Assembly (NCBI GenBank): GCA_963789955.1
Contig: CAWBMV010000012.1
Coordinates: 352,001 to 416,000 of the forward strand
Source: an uncultured Candidatus Rokubacteria bacterium
GTDB taxonomy: Bacteria; Methylomirabilota; Methylomirabilia; Rokubacteriales; CSP1-6
Length of the DNA stretch: 64,000 nt
Direction: 5' to 3'
A program made the translations under genes and the position numbers. The notes beneath the pieces are model-generated. The model saw only the letters and a list, made by a program, of their open reading frames with translations. It was not told the DNA's origin and ran no database searches. Shown one piece after another: positions 55,128-64,000 of the stretch. Position 1 is the stretch's first letter. Each line of letters opens with the position of its first letter.

Positions 55128-57085
55128 ATGGCTCAGCCCAAGGTGAAGGCGGATCTTCCGATCGAGGCGCTCCTCAAGGAGAAGCGCAAGTTTCCCCCGC
55201 CCACGGCGTTCACCAAGAACGCCGTGATGAACAAGAAGGCGATCTACGCCGAGGCCGCAGCGCAATCCCGTGAAGTTCTGGGAGCAGCGGGCCCGGGAGC
55301 TCCACTGGTTCAAGCCCTGGAAGAAGACGCTCGAGTGGAAGCCGCCCGTACGCCAAATGGTTCATCGGCGGCAAGCTCAACGTGGCCTACAACTGCCTCG
55401 ATCGCCACGTGGCCGGGCCGCGCAAGACGAAGGCCGCGCTGATCTGGGAGGGCGAGCCCGGCGACTCGCGGGTCCTGACGTACTGGGATCTCTACCGCGA
55501 GGTCAACCTGTTCGCCTCCGCGCTCAAGCGCCACGGCGTCCGCAAGGGCGATCGCGTGACGATCTATATGCCGATGGTGCCCGAGCTGCCGATCGCAATG
55601 CTGGCGTGCGCGCGGATCGGCGCGGCCCACAGCGTGATCTTCGGCGGCTTCTCGCCCGAAGCGGTGCGCGAGCGCATCCACGATGCCGAATCCACCCTCG
55701 TGATCACGGCCGACGGCGGCTGGCGGCGCGGGTCGACGGTGCCGCTCAAGAAGAATACGGACGAGGCGCTGCGTGGCGCGCCGGGCGTCAAGACCGTCAT
55801 CGTGCTCAAGCGCACCGGCCAGCCGATCGAGATGCAGAGCGGTCGCGACATCTGGTGGGACGACTTCGTCAAGGGCGCGGCCGCCCACTGTCCGGCCGAG
55901 CCGATGGATTCCGAAGACCTTCTATATCTGCTCTACACGTCGGGCTCCACGGGCAAGCCGAAGGGCATCATCCACACGACCGCCGGCTACTTGACCGGCG
56001 TCGCGGCGACTCACAAGTGGATCTTCGATCTCCACGACGAGGACGTCTACTGGTGCACGGCTGACATCGGCTGGGTCACCGGCCACTCCTACATCGTCTA
56101 CGGGCCGCTGGCGAACGGGGCCACGACCGTGATGTACGAGGGCACGCCCGACCATCCCGACAAGGACCGGTTCTGGCGCATCGTCGAGAAGTACGGCGTC
56201 ACGATCTGCTACACGGCGCCCACCGCGATCCGTACGTTCATGAAATGGGGCGAGGAGTATCCGAAGCGCTGCGACCTGTCGAGCCTGCGGCTGCTCGGCT
56301 CCGTCGGCGAGCCGATCAACCCGGAGGCGTGGGTCTGGTACTGGAAGGTTATCGGCGGAGGCCGCTGCCCTGTCGTCGACACGTGGTGGCAGACCGAGAC
56401 CGGCCACATCCTCATCACGCCGCTGCCGGCGCTGACGGTGCTCAAGCCGGGCTCGGCGACTCTGCCGTTCCCGGGGATCGACGCCGAGGTGTTCGACGAG
56501 AAGGGGAAGCCCGCGAAGGCGGGCTATCTGGTGCTCAGGAAGCCGTGGCCCGGGATGCTCCGCGGCATCTGGGGTGACCCCGACCGTTTCGTGAAGCAGT
56601 ACTGGTCAAAGTACGACAACATCTACTTCACGGGCGATGGCGCCAAGCGCGACGAGGACGGCTACTTCTGGCTCCTCGGACGCGTCGACGACGTCATGAA
56701 CGTCTCCGGGCACCGCGTCTCCACCATGGAGGTCGAGTCGGCGCTCGTCGACCACAAGTCGGTCGCCGAGGCGGCGGTCATCGGCAAGACGCACGACATC
56801 AAGGGTCAGGCGATCGCAGCCTTCGTCACGGTGAAGAGCGGGATCGACGGCTCGCCCGCGCTCATGGACGAATTGAAGGGGCATGTCGCGAAGAAGATCG
56901 GCGCCCTGGCCCGTCCGGATGACATCATCTTCTCCGCCGAGCTGCCGAAGACCCGAAGCGGCAAGATCATGCGCCGACTGCTGCGCGACATCGCCGAGGG
57001 CCGGGCGCTCGGCGATACAACGACGCTCGCCGACCCGGCCGTCGTGGCTCGCTCAAGACGAAGTACGAGGAGCAGGAAGCGCTAG
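55128..57085 (+). CDS. acs: Acetyl-CoA synthetase (frameshifts near 55262, 55350 and 57050)
   Basis: [38 protein letters not shown]. Confidence 0.95.
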
Positions 57086-57187
57086 TGGCGTCCGGCTAAG
57101 CAAATTGCTTGCGTGGCGGGCACTTTGCGGTATGATCAGGCGCCGCCAGAAGAGCGGATCGAACCGAACCGACTACAGAGGAGGCTT

Positions 57188-58531
57188 ATGCGGGCGACCA
57201 AGGTTCCACTCAACGAGCTCCGCCGCGTCGTCATTGCCGCATCCGTCGGCAACATCATCGAATGGTACGACTTCTACATCTTCGGGAGCCTGGCCTCGAT
57301 CCTGGCGGTGAAGTTCTTCGAGAAGGACCACCCGGTGGCGGCCTTTCTCAGCACGGTGGCGATCTTCTCTGTCGGTTTCCTGATCCGGCCGCTCGGAGCG
57401 TTCGTGTTCGGGTGGCTTGGCGACAAGGTCGGCCGGAAGTACACCTTCATCGTGACCTTGAGCGGGATGGGAATCGCGACCGCTCTCATCGGCTTCGTTC
57501 CGACGTACCAGGCAATCGGTCTCGCCGCGGCCTTCATTCTCTTCGCGCTGCGACTGGTCCAGGGTCTCTGCCTGGGCGGGGAGTATGGAGGCGCCATCAC
57601 GTACGTCGCCGAGCACATCGAGGACGAGCATCGCGGGTACTACACCGGCTGGCTTCAGACGTCGCCCACTCTGGGCATCGTCGTCTCGCTGGCGACGATC
57701 ATCGGGATCCGGACCTATCTCGGCGTCGAGGCGTTCAACGACTGGGGCTGGCGACTTCCGTTCATCATCTCGCTCCTGCTGGTCGCGATCGCGATCTGGA
57801 TCCGGCTCTCGCTCGGAGAGACGCCGATCTTCCAGGACATGAAGGCGAGGGGCCGCACCACCACCAACCCGTGGCGCGAGGCGTTTCTCAGCAGCAACTT
57901 CAAGTACGTCGCGATCGCCAGCGTGGTCGTGCTGGGACAGGGCTGTGTCTGGTACAGCGGGCAGTTCTGGGCGCTCTACTTCTTACAGACGGTCAAGAAA
58001 CTCGACGTGCTGACCTCGAGCACTATCGTCGGCATCGCGCTGCTGATTGCCACGCCTACCCTGATCTTCTGGGGATGGCTCTCGGACAAGATCGGCCGCA
58101 AGCCGATCATCCTGGGCGGTATGGCCCTGGCCTCGATCACCTACTATCCGCTCTATATGGCCCTGGGCAACTACGCTGATCCAAAGAACCTCAACTACGG
58201 GATGTCGATTTTCATCGTCGTGATCCTGGTCAACTACGTGGGAATGACCTACGGGCCAATCGGCGCGTTCTTGGCCGAGTTCTTCCCGAGCCGCATCCGC
58301 TATACCTCGGTGTCGGTGCCGTACCACATCGGCAACGGCTGGGGTGGCGGGCTGGTCCCGATCGTGACGACCTCGATGTACCTTTCCACCGGCAGCGTGG
58401 GGTATGCCTTGATCTATCCGATCGCGGTGCCCGCCATCATGTTTCTGATCGCGATCTTCGTGATGCCTGAGACGCGCAAGCACAGCATCTGGGAGGAAGG
58501 GGCCATCGAGGCGGCGCGCTCACGCGCCTGA
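57188..58531 (+). CDS. MHS-family MFS metabolite:H+ symporter
   Basis: GNIIEWYDF, GDKVGRK, GGEYGGA, WGWRLPF, SDKIGRK, PET. Confidence 0.92.
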   Translation: MRATKVPLNELRRVVIAASVGNIIEWYDFYIFGSLASILAVKFFEKDHPVAAFLSTVAIFSVGFLIRPLGAFVFGWLGDKVGRKYTFIVTLSGMGIATALIGFVPTYQAIGLAAAFILFALRLVQGLCLGGEYGGAITYVAEHIEDEHRGYYTGWLQTSPTLGIVVSLATIIGIRTYLGVEAFNDWGWRLPFIISLLLVAIAIWIRLSLGETPIFQDMKARGRTTTNPWREAFLSSNFKYVAIASVVVLGQGCVWYSGQFWALYFLQTVKKLDVLTSSTIVGIALLIATPTLIFWGWLSDKIGRKPIILGGMALASITYYPLYMALGNYADPKNLNYGMSIFIVVILVNYVGMTYGPIGAFLAEFFPSRIRYTSVSVPYHIGNGWGGGLVPIVTTSMYLSTGSVGYALIYPIAVPAIMFLIAIFVMPETRKHSIWEEGAIEAARSRA

Positions 58532-58570
58532 GCTCGCTGCACTAACTTCTCACCGCGGACACCGATACAG

Positions 58571-58615
58571 CGGGCCCTGCCTGGGTTGAAGTCAGCCCGG
58601 GTAGGGCCCGTTTTT
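58571..58615 (+). terminator. Intrinsic terminator after the acs-MFS run
   Basis: About 18-bp stem whose three mismatches are all G-U pairs on the + strand, followed by TTTTT. Confidence 0.85.
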
Positions 58616-58800
58616 GCGTTAGCTGGCGCGAATTTCCGGAAGTGGGCGCGTTCCGCCCGACTCGCTGGGCAAAATGTGCCCATCTTGCCGCCAAAAATGA
58701 CAGGCCAAAAGGGCAGGCCGCCCGAGCAGGCAAGCCCTCTCCCCGCCCAAACCTCCACAATCGTTGGTGAATCAATCCATCGGGCCCCCCGTCTCATCTC

Positions 58801-58816
58801 AGGCATAGGGGTTGCA
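58801..58816 (+). promoter_or_regulatory. Putative sigma54 (-24/-12) promoter
   Basis: aGGCAtagggg-TTGCA with exact GG-N10-GC spacing, about 50 nt before the TraR/DksA ATG. Confidence 0.55.
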
Positions 58817-58864
58817 CCCGTATCCGGCCCAGTTAGAGGGTAGGGTGCCAGGGAGGCCCACACC

Positions 58865-59269
58865 ATGGAAACGATTCGCGAGCGGTTAGAAGAGGACCTT
58901 AGAACGGCTGTCGGCCGGCTCCGAATGATGGGTGGAGCGGTGGCGGTCGAGGAACTTGCTGGTGCCATCGGCGATAACTCGCCCTACGCGGACGAGGTCG
59001 ACGAGATCCAGGAGAACGAGCGGCGCGAGATCGGATTCGCCACCCGCGAGCTCCTGGTAGACCGGGTCAACCGGCTCTCGGCGGCGCTCGAGCGCTTGAA
59101 GAGCGGCGACTACGGAACGTGCACCGAATGCGAAGAAGCTATCTCGCCCGCGAGGCTTCAGGCGCTGCCTGAAGTCACGACGTGCGTTCGATGCCAGGAC
59201 CGGATCGAGCGCCTCGGGCGCCAGTTCGTACCGGCCGAGGAAGAGCTCGAAACGGCCGACGACGACTAA
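58865..59269 (+). CDS. TraR/DksA C4-type zinc-finger protein
   Basis: DEVD acidic tip, YGTCTEC...ISPARLQALP...CVRC; GGAGG upstream. Confidence 0.9.
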   Translation: METIRERLEEDLRTAVGRLRMMGGAVAVEELAGAIGDNSPYADEVDEIQENERREIGFATRELLVDRVNRLSAALERLKSGDYGTCTECEEAISPARLQALPEVTTCVRCQDRIERLGRQFVPAEEELETADDD

Positions 59270-59303
59270 GAACTGACTCACTGACGGTCAACCCATACCT
59301 GCC

Positions 59304-59338
59304 AGCGGGGCCGGAGCGATCCGGCCCCGCTCTTTTTT
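59304..59338 (+). terminator. Intrinsic terminator
   Basis: agcggggccgga-GCGA-tccggccccgct followed by ctttttt. Confidence 0.9.
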
Positions 59339-59355
59339 GTGTAGTCTAGAGGGCC

Positions 59356-59985
59356 GTGCGCACGCCCCTGCTCGATCTGGTCCGACCCGGATTCCACCAT
59401 CTCTGCCGCGCGTACTTCGGTCTCGAGCTGTCGGGCCTGCACAACATTCCCACCGGCGGCCCGCTGATCATCACGCCGAACCACCAGACCTACGCCGACC
59501 CGGCGCTCGTCACGATCCCGGTGCGGCGACGCGTCTATTACATGGCCTGGAACCGGCTGTTCGAGATCCCCGTCTTCAGCTTGATGATCCGGAGGCTTCG
59601 GGCGTTTCCGGTTCGGATCGATGCGGCCGATCCGTCGTCGATGCGCGAAGCGGTGCGGCTGCTCACGGCGGGCCACGTGCTGATGATCTTCCCGGAGGCC
59701 GAGCGCACCAGGACGGGGCGGGTCGAACGATTCAAGCTCGGCGCGTTTCGCCTGGCCACGAGCCTGGGCGTCCCGGTCCTCCCGGTGACGATCGCCGGTG
59801 GGCACGAGGCGTGGCCGCCCGGGCAAGTGCTCCCGCGCCGAGGGCGGATCGCGATCACGTACCACCTCCCGCTCAGGCCCGACCCGTCGCTCGAGCCGCG
59901 GCAAGCGGCCACGGCTCTCGCGCAGCGCGCCCGCGCGATCATCGCCGACTCGCTGGGCGAGGCCACGCCGACAGCGGGGAGCTGA
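59356..59985 (+). CDS. plsC: 1-acyl-sn-glycerol-3-phosphate acyltransferase family protein
   Basis: NHQTYAD (HX4D), IFPEAER, VPVLPV. Confidence 0.88.
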   Translation: MRTPLLDLVRPGFHHLCRAYFGLELSGLHNIPTGGPLIITPNHQTYADPALVTIPVRRRVYYMAWNRLFEIPVFSLMIRRLRAFPVRIDAADPSSMREAVRLLTAGHVLMIFPEAERTRTGRVERFKLGAFRLATSLGVPVLPVTIAGGHEAWPPGQVLPRRGRIAITYHLPLRPDPSLEPRQAATALAQRARAIIADSLGEATPTAGS

Positions 59986-59987
59986 CG

Positions 59988-61200
59988 TCAGCCGCGGCGC
60001 TCTTCGACCTGGTAGCCGGACTCGATCAGATGCCGCTTCACGATGTCGATCTGCTCGCGCCCCGAGGTTTCGAGCGTCAGCTCGACCCGGCTCTCGCCGA
60101 TCGCCGCGCGCGCGAATGCGCGTTCGTGCTCGATGTGGAGGATGTTCGCGCGCGCCTCGCCGACGAGCGCCGACAGCCGCGCGAGCGCGCCCGGCTGGTC
60201 GCGGAGGATGACGCTGAGCTTGACCAGGCGCCCGTCTTTGACCAGGCCGCGCTCGATGATGCGCGAGATCATCGTGACGTCGATGTTGCCGCCGGAGAGC
60301 ACGAGCACGACGTTCTTCGCCTCGAGGCCGAGCCTCCGATTCAGGAGCGCGGCGAGGGGAGCGGCTCCGGCGCCCTCGACGACGGTCTTCTCGATCTCCA
60401 GCAGGAGCAGGATCGCGTTCGCCAGCTCTTCCTCGGTGACGGTCACGACGTCGTCGAGATAGTGCCTGGCCAGGTCCAGGGTGATCTCTCCGACCTGGCG
60501 GACCGCGATACCGTCGGCGATCGTCGATGCGGGCGGCACGGTCGTCCGCGTGCCCGTCGGCCAGCGCCTGCTTCATCGCGTCCAACGCTTCGGCCTGAAC
60601 CCCGATCACGCGAACCTCGGGGCGCGCGGCCTTGATGGCCAGGCCGACGCCTCCGACCAGTCCGCCGCCGCCGATCGGGACGACGACCGCATCCATGTCC
60701 GGGCATTGCTCCAGGAGCTCGAGCCCGAGGGTGCCCTGGCCGGCGATCACCCGCTCGTCGTCGAAGGGATGGACGAAGGCCAGTCCTCGCTCGGTCGCGA
60801 CCTGCCGCGCGCGGCCATACGCTTCGTCGTAGTTGACACCGGACAGGATGACCTCTGCGCCGTGCCGCCGGGAGGACGTCACCTTGATGAGTGGCGCCCA
60901 CTCCGGCATCACGATCACGGCGCTGACACCGAGACGCGCCGCGTGGAAGGCGACCGCCAGCCCATGGTTGCCGGCGCTCGCCGCTGCGACACCGCGCGCC
61001 CGCTCGGCGGGCCCGAGCTGCAGGAGCAGGTTGGCGGCGCCGCGCTCCTTGAACGAGCCGGTCATCTGGAGGTTCTCGAGCTTGACGAAGCAGCGGACGC
61101 CGCTCAGCTCGGAAAGCGTCTGCGAATATGCGCAGGGCGTCTGGTAGATCGCGCCTTCGAGCCGCTTGCGCGCGGCGTCGACGTCACTCGCGTCGAGCAT
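59988..61200 (-). CDS. ilvA: Threonine ammonia-lyase with ACT domain (frameshift near 60555)
   Basis: KLENLQMTGSFKERGA, SAGNH, GGGGL, TIADGIAV, SGGNID, DQPGAL. Confidence 0.92.
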
Positions 61201-61205
61201 TCGTC

Positions 61206-62123
61206 TCAGAAGGGGACCTGCGGCTCGGCGAGTGTGGGCGACATGATCGCGACCGGCATCAGTCGGGTCGAGGTCGCGTACCCCGGGCGGCCGCGCCAGT
61301 CGATCAGGATGAGGCCGCCCTGGCCACCGCCCTCCTCGACCAGCAGATCGACCGCGACTTTCGCCGCGTAGTCCGGATCGTCGGCGTCCTTGAGATACCG
61401 GAGCGCTCGATGGCCGAGGACGACACGGATGATCGCCTCGCCGTCGCCCGTACACGAGACGCCTCCGAGGGAGCTGTCGGCGTAGGTGCCGCAGCCGATC
61501 AGGGCGCTGTCGCCGACGCGTCCGGGAAGCTTGCCGGGAGTGCCACCGGTCGAGGTGGCGGCCGCGGTCGTGCCGTTGCGATCGAGGGCGACCGCCCCGA
61601 CCGTCCCGCCGCCGGGCGGGATCGGCTTGCGAGCGAGCTCCACGTGACGCTTTCGCTGGCGATCGGTGACGAGCGATGCCGGATCACACTCCGGGATCCC
61701 GACGGAGCGGGAGAACGCGAGCGCGCCGTCGCCGACCAGCAGGACGTGACGGCGCGACTCGAGGACGCGCCGGGCGACGGTGACCGGGTTCGCGACGCCG
61801 ACCAGGGCTGCGACGGCCCCGCACTGGAGGCGGTCGCCTTCCATGATCGAAGCATCCATCTCGATCGTGCCGTCTCGGTTCAGGACCGAGCCTCGGCCCG
61901 CGTTGAAGCGCGGGTCGTCCTCGAGCGCGCGCACGGCGCTCTCGACCGCGTCGAGCGCGGTGCCACCCTCCGCCAGCACGCGCCATCCCGCCAGCACGGC
62001 GGCACGCACACCCTGGCGGAACTCGGGTGCCTGGGAGGAATCTGCGCCGGCCCCGCCGTGGACGATGATCGCGGGCACGCGGGTCGTCGGAGCACGGCCG
62101 GCGGATGACGCCATCGCCTTCAC
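61206..62123 (-). CDS. Isoaspartyl peptidase/L-asparaginase (Ntn hydrolase)
   Basis: HGGAG, FNAGRG, GTVGAVA cleavage site, TSTGG, GRVGDS. Confidence 0.93.
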   Translation of the reverse strand: MKAMASSAGRAPTTRVPAIIVHGGAGADSSQAPEFRQGVRAAVLAGWRVLAEGGTALDAVESAVRALEDDPRFNAGRGSVLNRDGTIEMDASIMEGDRLQCGAVAALVGVANPVTVARRVLESRRHVLLVGDGALAFSRSVGIPECDPASLVTDRQRKRHVELARKPIPPGGGTVGAVALDRNGTTAAATSTGGTPGKLPGRVGDSALIGCGTYADSSLGGVSCTGDGEAIIRVVLGHRALRYLKDADDPDYAAKVAVDLLVEEGGGQGGLILIDWRGRPGYATSTRLMPVAIMSPTLAEPQVPF

Positions 62124-62848
62124 CGTGTCACAATCCCGTCGGATTGCAAAATCCTCGCTCGATCTCTCAGCTGAACGCGCGCATCGTCGCGTGCCGTCGG
62201 TGTCCGCGTCTCGTCACGCATCGCGAGGCGGTCGCGGCGGCGCCGCCGCGACGGTATCTCGGCCAGCGCTACTGGGCGCGGCCGCTGCCGGGCTTCGGCG
62301 ACCCGCGCGCCCGGCTCCTGCTGGTGGGGCTCGCGCCCGCGGCTCACGGCGGTAACCGCACGGGACGGATGTTCACCGGTGACCGCAGCGGCGACTGGCT
62401 CTTCGACGCGCTCCACCACGCGGGCTTCGCCAATCGCCCGACCTCGGAGCACAAGGGCGACGGTCTCGGTCTGACTGACGCGTACGTCACGGCGGCGGTG
62501 CGCTGCGCGCCGCCGTTCAACAAGCCGACCCTCGAAGAGATCGGGCACTGTGAGCCGTATCTGCTGACCGAGCTCAGGCTGCTGACGCGCGTCCGGGTCG
62601 TCGTGGGGCTCGGGCGCATCGGCTGGCAGGCGTACCTCAGGGGTCGGCGGGCGCTCGGTGCGCCACGTCAGCGGCCGGCGCCGCGGTTCGGACACGGCGC
62701 GGTGACCCGGTTCGACGACGGGATGACGTTGATCGCGACCTACCATCCGAGCCAGCAGAACACGTTCACGGGCAAGCTGACGCGGCCGATGCTTCGGGGG
62801 ATCTTCGAGACGGCGCGGCGCCTCCTGGAGCAGGAGGGCGGGGGGTAG
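62105..62848 (+). CDS. Uracil-DNA glycosylase family 5 (UdgB-like, Fe-S)
   Basis: CRRCPRL, GLAPAAHGGNRTGRMFTGD, RCAPP, HPSQQN. Confidence 0.92.
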   Translation: MTPSPSPCHNPVGLQNPRSISQLNARIVACRRCPRLVTHREAVAAAPPRRYLGQRYWARPLPGFGDPRARLLLVGLAPAAHGGNRTGRMFTGDRSGDWLFDALHHAGFANRPTSEHKGDGLGLTDAYVTAAVRCAPPFNKPTLEEIGHCEPYLLTELRLLTRVRVVVGLGRIGWQAYLRGRRALGAPRQRPAPRFGHGAVTRFDDGMTLIATYHPSQQNTFTGKLTRPMLRGIFETARRLLEQEGGG

Positions 62849-62857
62849 CTAAATTAA

Positions 62858-63904
62858 TTAGTCGCTGAGATCGGCCGGCAAGCGGGGGCGCTCACCGACC
62901 GTCATCGAGAGCTCACGGCGCTGACCGTCACGGATGATCGTGAGCCGCGTCCGCTGGCCCGGCTTGAACGTCTTCACCTTCGACAGATAGTCCTGGTGGG
63001 TCCGGATCGGCGTGTTCTCGATCGCGGTCAGGATGTCGCCGCCGACGAGGTATTCCTCGCCCTGCACCACCACCGAAAGGCTCCCACCGCGCACGCCCGC
63101 CTTCTCGGCGGGACTGCCCTCGTACACGACCTCGACGAGGTAGCCCGGCGAGAGCGGGAGCCGGAGGACCGACGTGACCTGCGAATCGATCTCCCGGCCC
63201 TGCAGCCCGAGCCACGGGCGGACGACACGGCCGGTCTCGCGCAGGTCGCGCAGGATCGCCTTGCCGGCGTTGATCGGCAAGGCGAAGCCGATCGAGTTCG
63301 CCTCTTCCGAGATGAACGTGTTGATGCCCACGACGGCGCCACAGCGGTCGACGAGCGGCCCGCCGGAGTTCCCGGGATTGATCGGGGCGTCGGTCTGGAT
63401 CATCGGCTGCTCGGCGAGCCCGGGCAGGATGCGGTTGAGGCCGCTCACGATGCCGCGGGTCATCGTCTGCTCGAGGCCCATCGGGTTGCCGATCGCGACG
63501 ACCTCGTCGCCGACCCGTAGCGCGGCGGAGTCACCCAGCCGCGCCACGGGCAGCGGCGACGGCGTCTCGATCCGCAGGAGCGCCAGGTCGGTCACCGTGT
63601 CCATGCCGAGCACCCGGGCCGGCGTGCGCGCGCCCGAGTCGAGCGTGACCGACAGCGAGGCTGCGCCGTCGACGACGTGCGCGTTCGTGAGCACCTGACC
63701 GTCGCGCTCGATCAGCAGGCCGGAGCCGACGACGGTCTCGAACCGCCGCTGCGGCTTGGCCTTGTTGATCTTGGTGACCTGGATCGACACGACACTGGGC
63801 GAGACCCGTTCGAACAGCGAGGCCAGCGACTCGGTGCACGCTTGCTGGGCGACCGCGGTCTGCGGGATCGCGAGCAGCAAGACGAGCACGATGGCGCGCA
63901 TCAC
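62858..63904 (-). CDS. HtrA/DegP-type serine protease with PDZ domain
   Basis: Signal peptide, TNAHVV, DLALL, IQTDAPINPGNSGGPL, PDZ. Confidence 0.95.
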   Translation of the reverse strand: MMRAIVLVLLLAIPQTAVAQQACTESLASLFERVSPSVVSIQVTKINKAKPQRRFETVVGSGLLIERDGQVLTNAHVVDGAASLSVTLDSGARTPARVLGMDTVTDLALLRIETPSPLPVARLGDSAALRVGDEVVAIGNPMGLEQTMTRGIVSGLNRILPGLAEQPMIQTDAPINPGNSGGPLVDRCGAVVGINTFISEEANSIGFALPINAGKAILRDLRETGRVVRPWLGLQGREIDSQVTSVLRLPLSPGYLVEVVYEGSPAEKAGVRGGSLSVVVQGEEYLVGGDILTAIENTPIRTHQDYLSKVKTFKPGQRTRLTIIRDGQRRELSMTVGERPRLPADLSD

Positions 63905-63952
63905 GCAGGATGATACACCGGCCATCGATGGGGTGGGCGGTATAATCAGACG

Positions 63953-64000
63953 GTGCGCATCGCCATCCTGCCTCTGCTCGTCGTCTCGCTGCTGATTTCT
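63953..64000 (+). CDS. 5' end of a probable exported protein (runs off window)
   Basis: GTG then RIAILPLLVVSLLI, 6 nt after TATAAT at 63941-63946. Confidence 0.5.
   Translation, partial: MRIAILPLLVVSLLIS

Noticed and set aside
57098..57136. Sigma54 box TGGC-N7-TTGC upstream of the MHS transporter
   Set aside because: Weak match overlapping an equally plausible TTGCGT-N16-TATGAT sigma70 promoter; cannot be resolved from sequence

Overview
High-GC bacterial chromosomal window of mostly housekeeping and metabolic genes. The gene style (zinc-ribbon GAF kinase, remnant of an 'IEWRWAEGKPERLP' substrate-binding protein) suggests Candidatus Rokubacteria/Methylomirabilota, but this is inference. Order: ccm cytochrome c maturation operon (minus strand, runs off the left end); peptide ABC transporter; htpX; yceD-rpmF-plsX-fabHDG-acpP-fabF followed by a dsRBD-less RNase III and an M50 protease; a GS-like/aminotransferase/SDR/GcvT-type dehydrogenase/trans-sulfuration cluster; small genes ending in a CMD/AhpD-family gene with an in-frame TGA in a CxxU motif and a SECIS-like hairpin; a decayed ~2.6 kb accessory patch; GAF kinase, RRM protein, rpsU, MFS and a degenerate ABC ATPase; a split cobalamin methionine-synthase module lacking a folate-binding subunit, aroK, a YitJ-like HMT-MTHFR fusion, amidase, deacylase and a sigma54 two-component pair; a DUF169-MtaA/URO-D fusion; malic enzyme, acs, MFS, TraR/DksA, plsC, ilvA, isoaspartyl peptidase, UDG and htrA. 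Many genes, including essential ones, carry single-base frameshifts, most likely long-read assembly errors. No rRNA, tRNA, CRISPR array or transposase was recognised. Best leads: the candidate selenoprotein, the corrinoid methyl-transfer system with the DUF169 fusion, the RNase III with Mini-III-like motifs, a CX3C CcmG, frequent leaderless TANNNT promoters, and several long inverted-repeat elements.
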